Source: an uncultured Bacillota bacterium
Lineage (GTDB): Bacteria; Bacillota; DTU025; MWDF01
Assembly (NCBI GenBank): GCA_963823655.1
Contig: CAWGMK010000006.1
Span: 333,382-397,381, forward strand
DNA length: 64,000 bases
Direction: 5' to 3'
In this document: positions 54,973 to 64,000 of the stretch, one piece after another
Layout of the letters: every line of letters starts with the position of its first letter
Numbering within the stretch: the stretch's first letter is position 1
Translations under genes and position numbers: made by a program
The notes under the pieces: generated by a model
What the model was told of the DNA's origin: nothing
Seen by the model: only the letters and a program-made list of their open reading frames with translations
Databases searched by the model: none

Positions 54973-55714
54973 CGATCGCCGTCACGAGGCGCTCGGCAAA
55001 GGCCCAGGCCAACACACGACCCAGCAGGGCCGCGTCACCACCGGCCCCCGCCGCAGCCGCACCCAACGGGGCGCCGCGCGCGAGTCGTTCGAACACACGA
55101 TATTCCGCGTCATCGAGCCGGTAGGTTGCAGGTGCGTCGCCGACGCAGGCCGCGACGCAGCAGTCTCCACCCATCGACAAGTCTATGGGCTCGGCCTCTG
55201 CCTGTTGATTGGCCTGCCACACGTGCCAGACCGGATACGGCGAAGTGACCAGGCCCACGGACGGGTGCAGTGCCAGGCAGAGGTCTGCCAGCATTTCGGG
55301 CGCGTAGCTCGCCAGTTCCGCGACGTCGATCGACGGGGGGCTGGCCGCAACTGCCGCTTGGGCGACGGCCCATTCCAGTCGCGCGAGGTCGGCCAGCCAT
55401 TCGTAGGCCGAACTGTCCATTCGCTCTGCAAGCCACGCCGGGAAGTTGGCGCCTACCCAGTGCAGGTCGCCGCGCATCGAGGGGTGCGCATTCCTGTACT
55501 CACGCGCCAGCTGTCGGAAGAAGTCGGTCCCGACTCTTCGCTGCACGACGGGGTACGTCTGCTCGAGCGCTGCCGCGTAAAACTGCCAGGCGTTGTTGCG
55601 ATAGACGCCGAATCGATCTTCGTAATCAGGCCCGTCGGCGGGTGGCGGAGTCGCTTCACCGCGGCGCAGGGCGTGTCCGAACGCGGACTGCAGTTCCTTG
55701 AGCGTCATGCGCAT
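54944..55714 (-). CDS. DUF2063 (BufC/HvfC-like) MNIO partner protein
   Basis: LQ..F, RFGVYRNN, L..TYP, DLARLEWA, HPS..L..S.YP. Confidence 0.88.
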   Translation of the reverse strand: MRMTLKELQSAFGHALRRGEATPPPADGPDYEDRFGVYRNNAWQFYAAALEQTYPVVQRRVGTDFFRQLAREYRNAHPSMRGDLHWVGANFPAWLAERMDSSAYEWLADLARLEWAVAQAAVAASPPSIDVAELASYAPEMLADLCLALHPSVGLVTSPYPVWHVWQANQQAEAEPIDLSMGGDCCVAACVGDAPATYRLDDAEYRVFERLARGAPLGAAAAGAGGDAALLGRVLAWAFAERLVTAIVSPSVPAAR

Positions 55715-56590
55715 TCAGGCCGCGGCAGCGCCGCACGCTTGCAACATGCGATCGGCGCGGGCGGCCTCGGCGAGCAGGACTTCGAGTGCGGGCACGTCAT
55801 TGTCCCATTCGATCAGCGTCGGCACGGGCCCGAAGCGGCGCAGCACGTCGGAGTAGAGGGCCCATACCTCGTCGCCAACGGCGCTGCCGTGATCGTCCAG
55901 CAGAATCTCGCGCGCGCCGACCCGCTGGCGGGAATGCCCGGCGAGGTGAATTTCCTGCACGGCTTTGCGCGGCAGGGCGGCAAAAAAGTCATCGAGCCGC
56001 AATCCCAGGTTGGCTGCGTTCACGAACGCGTTGTTGACGTCGAGCAGCAAGCCGCAGCCGCTGCGCTCGACCACGAACGCCAGGAACTCGCCTTCGGCGA
56101 GCTGTGAGTCCGCAAAGCTCACATAGGCGCTCAGGTTTTCGATCAGGATCTGGCGGCCCAGGAAATCCTGCACGGCGCGCACTCGGGCGGCGAGGTGGAG
56201 CGCGGCCTCTTCGGTGTAGGGCAGCGGTAGCAGGTCGTTGAAATGCTCGCCGTCCGCGTGGGCCCAGCAGGCGTGCTCGCTGACCAGGGCCGGCTCGAAG
56301 CGGCGCACGGCCTGGCGCACTCGCTCGAGGTGTTCGCGATCGAGCGGATCTGCGGATCCCAGCCCGAGTCCGACCCCATGCAGGCTCAGGGGATAGAGAC
56401 TGCGCGCCCGCTCCAGGGCCCGGGTCGCCGGCCCACCGGCATGGAAATAGTTCTCGGTGTGCGCCTCGATCCAGGCCGGGGGCGAGGCGGCGGTGAGGAT
56501 CTCGGCGTGATGTTGCGACCGAAGTCCGATCCCGGCGCGAGCCGGGATCGGACCACGGGCGGCAGGCGCATCATTCCAATCGCCTGCCAT
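55715..56590 (-). CDS. DUF692 multinuclear non-heme iron oxidase (BufB-like)
   Basis: GIGLR, H.ENY, HGV.L, VSEH, DLLPLP, IEN, LLLDVNN, EIHLAGH, DDH, EWD. Confidence 0.95.
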   Translation of the reverse strand: MAGDWNDAPAARGPIPARAGIGLRSQHHAEILTAASPPAWIEAHTENYFHAGGPATRALERARSLYPLSLHGVGLGLGSADPLDREHLERVRQAVRRFEPALVSEHACWAHADGEHFNDLLPLPYTEEAALHLAARVRAVQDFLGRQILIENLSAYVSFADSQLAEGEFLAFVVERSGCGLLLDVNNAFVNAANLGLRLDDFFAALPRKAVQEIHLAGHSRQRVGAREILLDDHGSAVGDEVWALYSDVLRRFGPVPTLIEWDNDVPALEVLLAEAARADRMLQACGAAAA

Positions 56591-56596
56591 CCGCGC

Positions 56597-56863
56597 TTAC
56601 ATCGTCTTCTTGTCTTTGCTCGGCTTGCCGCCGGCCTTCTCGCAGGCTGCCTGCGGCATGCTGACCCACTCGTTCGGGTCGTTATCCGTCTTGGCCATGC
56701 CGGCACAACTGTGACTGGCCGTGCCGCAATCGTTCTTGCCGGCCTTGGCCACGCCGTAACACTTGACCTTCTCGGCGGCTGCTTCGTGATGATTCGCCTG
56801 GGCGCTGCCCACGGCGAGCAGGCCCGCGATGGCGGTCGCGATCGTCAGGTTCTTGGGGTTCAT
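56597..56863 (-). CDS. DUF2282 bufferin-type RiPP precursor (BufA1-like)
   Basis: Signal peptide, KCYGVAKAGKNDC..HSCAG..W..P...C four-Cys pattern. Confidence 0.9.
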   Translation of the reverse strand: MNPKNLTIATAIAGLLAVGSAQANHHEAAAEKVKCYGVAKAGKNDCGTASHSCAGMAKTDNDPNEWVSMPQAACEKAGGKPSKDKKTM

Positions 56864-56911
56864 CCTGTTTTGCTCCTCCAGCGTTGCAGGTGGACATTAT
56901 GCGGACACGAC

Positions 56912-56938
56912 TTCGTGCATGCGACCCAGTTGGCTTCA
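56912..56938 (-). promoter_or_regulatory. Candidate ECF sigma (SigF/ECF16-like) promoter
   Basis: Minus strand TGAAGCC-16 bp-CGAA, resembling the TGTAACC-N16-CGAA pattern recalled for SigF. Confidence 0.4.
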
Positions 56939-56992
56939 ACGGGCGCGGATGGCAGCATGCATGCACTTTTCCACCGGACGCCCGCCGCAGCC

Positions 56993-57457
56993 ATGAGCCT
57001 GAAGGACTGGATCTCAAAATACCTGCCCGGTGGCGCCGGCCAGGGAGCGGGTGAGCCCACGGCGATGGGGACGCCGCTGGCCGTGGCGGCTTTGCTGGTC
57101 GAAGTACTGCGCGCCGACTACGACGTGGGTCCGGCGGAGCGGCAACAGGCCATGACGTCGGTCGCGGCCCTGCTGGGACTGCAACCGGAGGCAACACGCG
57201 CGCTTCTCGACGAGGCGGAGCGCCACATCGACAAGTCGCACGACCTCTACCAGTTCACGTCGCAGATCAACCGCTCGTACAGCGAAGCCGACAAGGTGCG
57301 GTTGCTCGAGGCGCTGTGGCGCGTCGCCGACTCGGACCTGACCATTCACAAGTACGAAGAGCACCTGATCCGGCGCGTTGCGGATCTCCTGCACGTGCCA
57401 CATTCGGGGTTCATTGCCGCCAAGCTGCGCGCCACCGGCCCGGCAGCGCAGGGTTGA
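56993..57457 (+). CDS. TerB family protein
   Basis: AALLVEV.RAD, DLYQFTSQIN, LWRVA.SD...HKYEEHLIRRVADLL. Confidence 0.85.
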   Translation: MSLKDWISKYLPGGAGQGAGEPTAMGTPLAVAALLVEVLRADYDVGPAERQQAMTSVAALLGLQPEATRALLDEAERHIDKSHDLYQFTSQINRSYSEADKVRLLEALWRVADSDLTIHKYEEHLIRRVADLLHVPHSGFIAAKLRATGPAAQG

Positions 57458-57556
57458 AGCCGCTGCGGGCCCCGACCCAAGCACTTTTTACATGACGGCT
57501 TGCGGCGGGGGCTGACGGTCGGTTACGGTCCCCGCAAGAAATCCAGATCGCCGACT

Positions 57557-58314
57557 ATGGAACAGTCTCCGACGCCCACCTTGCGCAGAATCGTCGTCCT
57601 GAACCCCAAGGGTGGGTCGGGCAAGTCGACGATCGCGACGAACCTGGCGGCCTATTACGCCTGGGCGGGGCGGACGGTCGCGCTGATGGACCACGACCCG
57701 CAGGGGTCGAGCATGCGCTGGTTGCAGGTTGCGGCCCGCCGAACTGCCGCCGATCCACGGCATCGCGGCGTACGAGAAGCGACTGGGCGTCACCCGGGCC
57801 TTCGCGCTGCGGACGCCGCCGGGCACCGACACGCTCATCGTCGACACGCCGGCCGCCGTCACCCCGCTGCAGCTGCCCGAACTCACGCAGGACGCGCACG
57901 CGATCGTCGTGCCGGTGTTGCCTTCCGACATCGACATCCATGCCGCGTCGCGCTGCATCGCCGACCTGCTGCTGGTCGGGCGAGGTGCATCGGTCCGAAC
58001 GGCGGCTGGTGATCGTCGCCAACCGCGCGCGGCGTTACACCAAGGCGTACCAGCACCTGATGCGTTTCCTGCAGAGCCTGCGCATTCCGGTAGCGGCGGT
58101 ATTGCGCGATTCGCAGGCCTACGTGCGCTCGGCGGAATGCGGGATGGGCATCCACGAAATGAAAGGTGCCCTGCTGCAGGAAGACCTGGACAGCTGGAAG
58201 CCGTTCATCGACTGGCTCGAGCGCCGGTCGAGCGGGACGCTGCCGGCGCGAGAGCAGCCTGATGTCGCCGCAGCCCTCGCCGGCGGAAATGGGCCGAGGG
58301 CGCCCGCGGGCTGA
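57557..58314 (+). CDS. ParA/MinD family ATPase (two frameshifts)
   Basis: NPKGGSGKSTIATNLA, DHDPQGS, IVDTPA, PVLPSDID. Confidence 0.85.
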
Positions 58315-58317
58315 GAC

Positions 58318-58899
58318 TCATGCCGCGGCTTGTTCGAGACCTTGTCGGCGTCCTTCGCGAACAGCGAAGCCTCGTCGGCCACCGTGAACGCGACCACGTT
58401 CGGCTTGCCGTCGTCGTCGTTGGCGCTGCTCACGACCGCGATGATCGGCGAGTCCTTGAGTCCACAGCATGGACGTGGAGCGTCGACTGGATCGGCGCTG
58501 TCGTCGCGTTGCACGGCGTCGAAGTCGCCGAACATCGTGCGCGAGCGGTTCACCACCGCCAGCAGCGACGGCAGCGAAGCGTTCGATGCCGTGCCGTGGC
58601 CGCTGCCCAGCGTGCCGTCCGAGCCCATCAGGAAGCAGAGTTCCTGGTCTGGTGCTGGGCCGGCAGCTTCAGCAGGGCCTGCCGGCTCGGGGCGCAATAG
58701 CGGGCCGCGCCCGTGTCGTCCTTGTCCCATTTGCCGCCGGGGTACTTGGCCTCGATGGCGTTCTTGCCCGCGTTCCACGGCAGCCCGAAGGCGCCGGTGC
58801 GGAACTGGTCTGCGACCGCGCCGGCCATGGCTGCGCCGCGGCCAGGGTGAACAGGCAGATACCGGCGACAGGGCGGCAGGAACATGCTGCGCGACGCAT
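58318..58899 (-). CDS. Secreted hypothetical protein (frameshifted)
   Basis: Signal-like N-terminus, AFGLPW, continuation in ORF 58119-58913. Confidence 0.5.
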
Positions 58900-59031
58900 G
58901 CGCACGTCTCCACTGAAAAAGTTGACTGCTGAACGTGAGTCTAGGGCCTCACGCGTCATGGCCTCGCGGCGCACGCAACGAAAGCAAGACACGCCTCTCA
59001 GTCGGCGCGTCCGTCGCATTGACATAATACC

Positions 59032-59662
59032 TCATGCGGTGTCCGGCGCTGCCCGCGGCCTGCGCCATTTCGAGCTGCAGCAGGTCTTCCGGCGTGTCGA
59101 GGTCGACGCCCGCGTTGCTCATCGGCACGCGCACCAGCCGGTCGACGTTGCGGCGCAGCACGAGGCGTGGATCGCGGTCGCCGCGCAGCTCCAGCAGGTC
59201 GCGTGAAAGCCCAGCGCGGGAAGATCGCCGGCAGGCCGGGCGCGCCCGCGTACAGTGCCGCGGCGATCAGCACCGGGTGCCGGCGCCAGCTGGCGTACAG
59301 GCGGCGCAGGTCGTCGGCCGTGACCGCCACCTGGTCGCCCAGCAGCAGCAGCAGGGCGCCTGCGCAGCGCGGCGGTGCGGTCGCACGGCCGCGCGGATGG
59401 AGCTGGCGAGGCCTTCCTCCCAGTCCCGGTTCAGCGGATCGACGATCGGCCGACTGCCGCAGGGCCGGCGCGATGTCCGCGGCGTGGGCGCCGAGCACGA
59501 CGGCTGACCGACTGGCCGGCGATGCAGGCCGCATTGGCGGCCGCCTGGTGCAGCACCGGGTTCGCCGCCGAGGCGCACCAGCTGCTTGGCGCTGCCGAAG
59601 CGGGTGGCGGCGCCGGCGGCCAGCACCGCGGCGTGGAGTCCGGCGGAGTCCATGTCGTCCAT
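59032..59662 (-). CDS. MocA/MobA-like nucleotidyltransferase (frameshifted)
   Basis: AVLAAG.ATRFGSAKQL, W.EGLASS, LGDQ, DLDTPED. Confidence 0.82.
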
Positions 59663-59821
59663 GGCGCTAGTTTGCCTGCCGCGCTGCAAGAAGATACAGT
59701 ACTTCACGGTCTGCGCACAGCCATCGAAGGGGTTTCCCCGCCAGAGCCGCCATCGGCCGTCGCTCGCAGCGACGCGGCCGGGCGATGAGCCGGCGGGCGG
59801 CCGTCAGGGAGTCAGACAGCC

Positions 59822-62306
59822 GTGCAAGCCTGGAAAGTCCATAAGTTCGGCGGGTCGAGCGTCGCGGACGCGGCCTGCATGCAACGCGTCGCCGAGATCA
59901 TCGAGGGCGACCCGGCCCCGCGCAAGGCGGTGGTGCTGTCGGCGTGCCGGGGCGTCACCGACGCGCTGCTGAGCCTGGTCGCGCTGGCCGAGCAGCAGGA
60001 CGCCGCGCGCTCGACGACCGCATCGAGGAGCTGCGCCAGCGCCACATCGGCATCGCCCGCGAGCTGCTGGCCGGGCGAGCTCTGCGACGAGTTCATCGTC
60101 GAGCTGGACCGCGACTGCCGCGACATCGGCGGCATCCTGCAGACCGTGCGCCTGGTCCGCGCGCCTCGACCACGATGCGCGACCTGATCGCGGGCTACGG
60201 CGAGATCTGGTCGACGCGCCTCTTCGAGCGCCTGCTGCGCCGCCGCGGCCGGTCGGGGCACGTGCAGTGGCTCGACGCGCGCCGCGTGCTGCTGGTCGAG
60301 TGGGGCCCGCTCGGCCCCGGCGTGCGCTGGGACCAGTCGCGCGCCAACCTGCAGGCGCTGGTGCCGCCCGATTTCGTCGGCACCGCTCGTCGATCACCGG
60401 CTTCATCGCCACCGACACGCCAGGGGCTGCAGACCACGCTCGGCCGCAACGGCAGCGACTTCTCGGCCTCGATCTTCGGCTCGCTGCTCGACGCCGCGAG
60501 ATCGTGATCTGGACCGACGTCGACGGCGTGCTGAGCGCCGACCCGCGCCTCGTGCCCGAGGCCCAGGTCATCGACACGCTGTCGTACAACGAGGCGATGG
60601 AGCTCGCGTACTTCGGCGCCAAGGTCATCCACCCGCAGACCATGGCGCCGGCGGTGCAGAAGCGCATCCCGATCTGGATCAAGAACACGTTCGCGCCGGA
60701 CAAGCCCGGGCACGCTGATCCACGAGCGCTCGGCGCCCGATCCGCTGGTCAAGGGCATCACGACCGTCGAGCGCATCGCGCTCGTGAACCTCGAGGGCGC
60801 CGGCATGATCGGCGTGCCGGGCACGGCGCATCGCCTGTTCGGCGCGCTGCGCGAGGAGGGCATCTCGGTCATCCTGATCTCGCAGGGCAGCTCGGAGCAC
60901 TCGATCTGCTTCGCGGTGCCCGAGGCCGAGGCCGAGCGCGCCGAGCGCGTCGTGCGGCGCGCCTTCGAGCCCGAGCTGCGCGAGGGCCAGATCCAGAGCG
61001 TCGAGGTCAACCGCGGCTGCAGCATCCTCGCCGTCGTCGGCGACGGCATGGCCGGCGCGCACGGCGTCGCGGCGCAAGGTGTTCGGCGCGCTCGGCCAAG
61101 GCGGGCGTCAACGTGCGCGCCATCGCGCAGGGCGCGTCCGAGCGCAACATCTCGGTCGTGATCGACGGCCGCGGCAGCGCCCGCGCGCTGCGTGCCGTGC
61201 ATTCGAGCTTCTACCTCTCGGCGCACACGGTCTCGATCGGCCTGATCGGCCCGGGGCTCGTCGGCGGCGCGCTGCTCGACCAGGTCGCCTCGCAGGTCGA
61301 GCGCCTGCGGCGCGACTTCAAGCTCGACCTGCGCGTGCGCGCCATCGCGGGGTCGAAGCGATGCGGCTCGCCGCAGGGCGTCGATCGACCTCGCGCGCTG
61401 GCGCGACGAGTACGCGGCCGGCGGCGATCCGCTCGACCTCGAGCGGTTCGCCGATCACGTGCACGCCGACCAGTTCCCGCACGCGGTGATCATCGACTGC
61501 AGCGCCAGCGCGGCGGTGGCGAAGCCACTACGCGCACTGGCTGTCGGAGGGCATCCACGTCGTCACGCCGAACAAGAAGGCCAACAGCGCGGCCTATGGC
61601 GACTACCAGCGCGTCCGGGATGCGCGCCGCGCGGCCGGTGCCGCACTACCTCTACGAGGCGACGGTCGGCGCGGGCCTGCCCGTGATCCAGACGCTGCGC
61701 GACCTGCGCGAGACCGGCGACGAGATCCGCCGCATCGAGGGCATGTTCTCCGGCACGCTCGCCTACCTGTTCAACACCTGGGACGGCACGCAGTCGTTCT
61801 CGTCGGTGGTGAAGCAGGCCAAGGCGCTCGGCTACACCGAGCCCGATCCGCGCGACGACCTCTCGGGCATGGACGTCGCCCGCAAGCTGATCATCCTGGC
61901 GCGCGAGATGGGCCTGCAGCTCGAGCTGGCGACGTCAAGGTCGAGAGCCTCGTGCCGGCGGCGCTCGCGGATTGCGGCGTCGAGGACTTCCTCGCAGCGG
62001 CTCGCACGAGTTCGACGCGCCGATGCTGGCGCGCCTCGAGGCGGCGCGAGCGCGCGGCCACGTGCTGCGCTACGTCGGCTCGGTCGATGTCGACGGGCAA
62101 CGCCGAGGTGGGCGTGGTCGAACTGCCGCGATCGCACCCGTTCGCCAACATCGCGCTGACCGACAACATCGTGCGCTTCCAGACCGCGCGCTACGACAAG
62201 AACCCGCTGATCGTGCAGGGCCCGGGCGCCGGTCCCGGCGGTCACCGCGGCCGGCGTGTTCGCCGACCTGCTGCGCGTCTGCGCGTACCTCGGGGCCAAG
62301 CTGTGA
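59822..62306 (+). CDS. thrA: Bifunctional aspartate kinase/homoserine dehydrogenase I (many frameshifts)
   Basis: VHKFGGSSV, TTLGRNGSD, WTDVDG, ACT domains, GPGLVG, YEATVGAGLP, GYTEPDPRDDLSG. Confidence 0.92.
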
Positions 62307-63252
62307 GCGCGATGCGCGCGCACGACCGCGACGGCGTTCGCGCCGGCGAGCGTCGGCAACGTCGCGGTCGGCTTCGACATCCTCGGTCACACCGTCGCGG
62401 CGCTCGGCGATCGCGTGACGCGTCACCCGGCGCGCGGAGCCGGGCGTGTCGATCCGCTCGATCACCGGCGTGGTGGCCGACCTGCCGCTCGCCGCGGAGA
62501 AGAACACGGCCGGCATGGCGGCGCTCGCGCTGCAGCGCGAGCTCGGCCTGCCGATACGGCTTCGACCTCGACGTGATGAAGGGCATCCCGCTCGGTTCGG
62601 GCCTCGGCGGCTCGGCGGCGTCGGCGGTGGCGGCGGTCGTGGCGGCCGCCGCGCTGGTCGACGGCCGCTCGACCGCACGCAGCTGCTCAAGTTCGCGATG
62701 CAGGGCGAGGCGGTCGCCAGCGGCTCGGTGCACGTCGACAACATCGCGCCGTCGCTGTTCGGCGGGCTGGTGCTGACGGTCGGCATCGACAATCCGCACG
62801 TCAAGCAGATCCCGGTGCCCGAGGCCGTGCGCTGCGTGCTCGTGCACCCGCACATGGTGCTCGGCGACGCGCGAGGCGCGCGCAATCCTGAGCAAGACGG
62901 TCGCGCTCGTCGGACGTGATCTGGCAGCAGGCGAACCTCGCCGGTTTCCTGGCCGGCTGCTACACGCGCGACCTGCCGCTGATCCGCGCGTCGCTGCTCG
63001 ACGTCGTGATCGAGCCGCAGCGCCAGGTGCTGATTCCGGGGTTTGCCGCGGTGAAGCAGGCTGCGCTCGACGCCGGCGCGCTCGGCTGCTCGATTTCGGG
63101 CGCCGGCCCGACGGTGTTCGCCTGGGCCGAGGAGCAGGATGCCGAGCAGGTGCGCGCAGGCATGGTCGAGGCCTTCCGCCGGCACGGCCTCGACGAGCGA
63201 CAGCTGGGTGTCGGCGATCGATCGCGAGGGCGCGCGGGTGGTGGAGGACTGA
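62303..63252 (+). CDS. thrB: Homoserine kinase (frameshifted)
   Basis: APASVGNVAVGFDILG, KGIPLGSGLGGSAAS, HVDN, ISGAGPT. Confidence 0.92.
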
Positions 63253-64000
63253 TGCGATTCCAGAGCACGCGCGACCCGTCGCACGCGGTCGGGCTCGGCG
63301 AGGCCATCGCACGCGGACTGGCGCCGGACGGCGGGCCTGTACGTGCCGACGAGGCCTCGCCGAGACTCGCGTGGCTCGATCGGCGCGGCCGCTCGATCCT
63401 GGCGAGCTGGCCGAGCGGCTGATCGCGCCGTTTGCGGCCGGCGACGCGATGGCCGACGCGCTGCCCGAGATCACTCGCGACGCATTCAATTTTCCGGCGC
63501 CCGCTGGTCGAGGTGCAGGGTGCCGGCGGAGCCGCTGTCGGTGCTCGAGCTGTTCCACGGGCCGACCGCCGCGTTCAAGGACTTCGGCGCGCGCTTCCTC
63601 GCGGCGACGCTCGAGCGCATTCCGCGCGACGACCCGCGCCGCCTGACGATCCTGGTCGCCACGTCGGGCGACACGGGCGGCGCCGTCGCCGCCGCGTTCT
63701 ACGACCGGCCGTGGGTCGACGTGGTCGTGCTGTATCCCGCGTGGCCTCGTCTCCGCCCGCCAGGAAAAGCAGCTCGCGTGCTGGGGCCGCAACGTGCGCA
63801 CGCTGTCGGTCGCCGGCACGTTCGACGATTGCCAGCGCATGGTGAAGGAGGCGTTCGTCGATCCCGCGCTGGCGCAGCGCTGCTGCTGTCGTCGGCCAAC
63901 AGCATCAACGTCGGCCGGCTGCTGCCGCAGATGGTGTACTACGCGCAGGCCAGCCTCGAGCTGCTAGCGCCGTGACGGCCGCGCGCCGAATTTCATCGTG
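63252..64000 (+). CDS. thrC: Threonine synthase, partial and frameshifted
   Basis: MRFQSTR, GLAPDGG, LELFHGPTAAFKDFG, ATSGDTG, SANSINVGRLLPQ. Confidence 0.92.

Noticed and set aside
57557-58314. ParA as evidence of a plasmid or prophage
   Set aside because: Orphan ParA/MinD-like gene among chromosomal housekeeping genes, with no parB, rep, integrase or phage genes
59690-59821. Possible thr attenuator or SAM/lysine riboswitch upstream of thrA
   Set aside because: No Thr/Ile-rich leader peptide, no terminator U-tract and no recognisable aptamer consensus; only generic GC-rich pairing
2704-64000. Numerous frameshifts suggesting mass pseudogenisation or programmed frameshifting
   Set aside because: They hit essential genes (murF, ftsI, mraY, thrABC), leave motifs intact, lack slippery-site context and are densest toward segment ends; sequencing indels are the simpler explanation

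Overview
The window looks like a join of three unrelated genomic pieces with many single-base indels that resemble long-read errors. (A) 1-~2703, Bacillota-like: 3' part of dnaE, a DUF2007 gene, tRNA-Leu(CAA) and an AT-rich, ORF-poor stretch. (B) ~2704-~25103, Anaerolineae/Chloroflexota-like: start of the dcw cluster (mraZ-rsmH-ftsL-like-ftsI-murF-mraY, cut), protealysin-like M4 protease plus emfourin, a GerW-like gene, a giant S8 protease, an Fe-S protein, an acyltransferase/CDP-alcohol phosphotransferase pair, an Ig-repeat surface protein and a truncated DeoR regulator. (C) ~25104-64000, GC-rich Gammaproteobacterium (Steroidobacteraceae-like by impression): a ~23 kb Wzx/Wzy-type exopolysaccharide locus with five sulfotransferases, four paralogous secreted TIM-barrel glycoside-hydrolase-like proteins and an FG-GAP/ASPIC-UnbV protein, then housekeeping genes, a bufferin-type MNIO RiPP cluster (DUF2282-DUF692-DUF2063) and thrABC. 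The best candidate for an undescribed system is the sulfated-EPS locus. It contains a c-di-GMP-I riboswitch with a visible translational OFF platform in front of a Cys-rich lipoprotein paralog. It also has an unnamed ~110-aa domain shared by one hydrolase-like protein and the FG-GAP protein, which appears to carry a further, circularly permuted copy. All family calls and alignments were made by eye; no searches were run.
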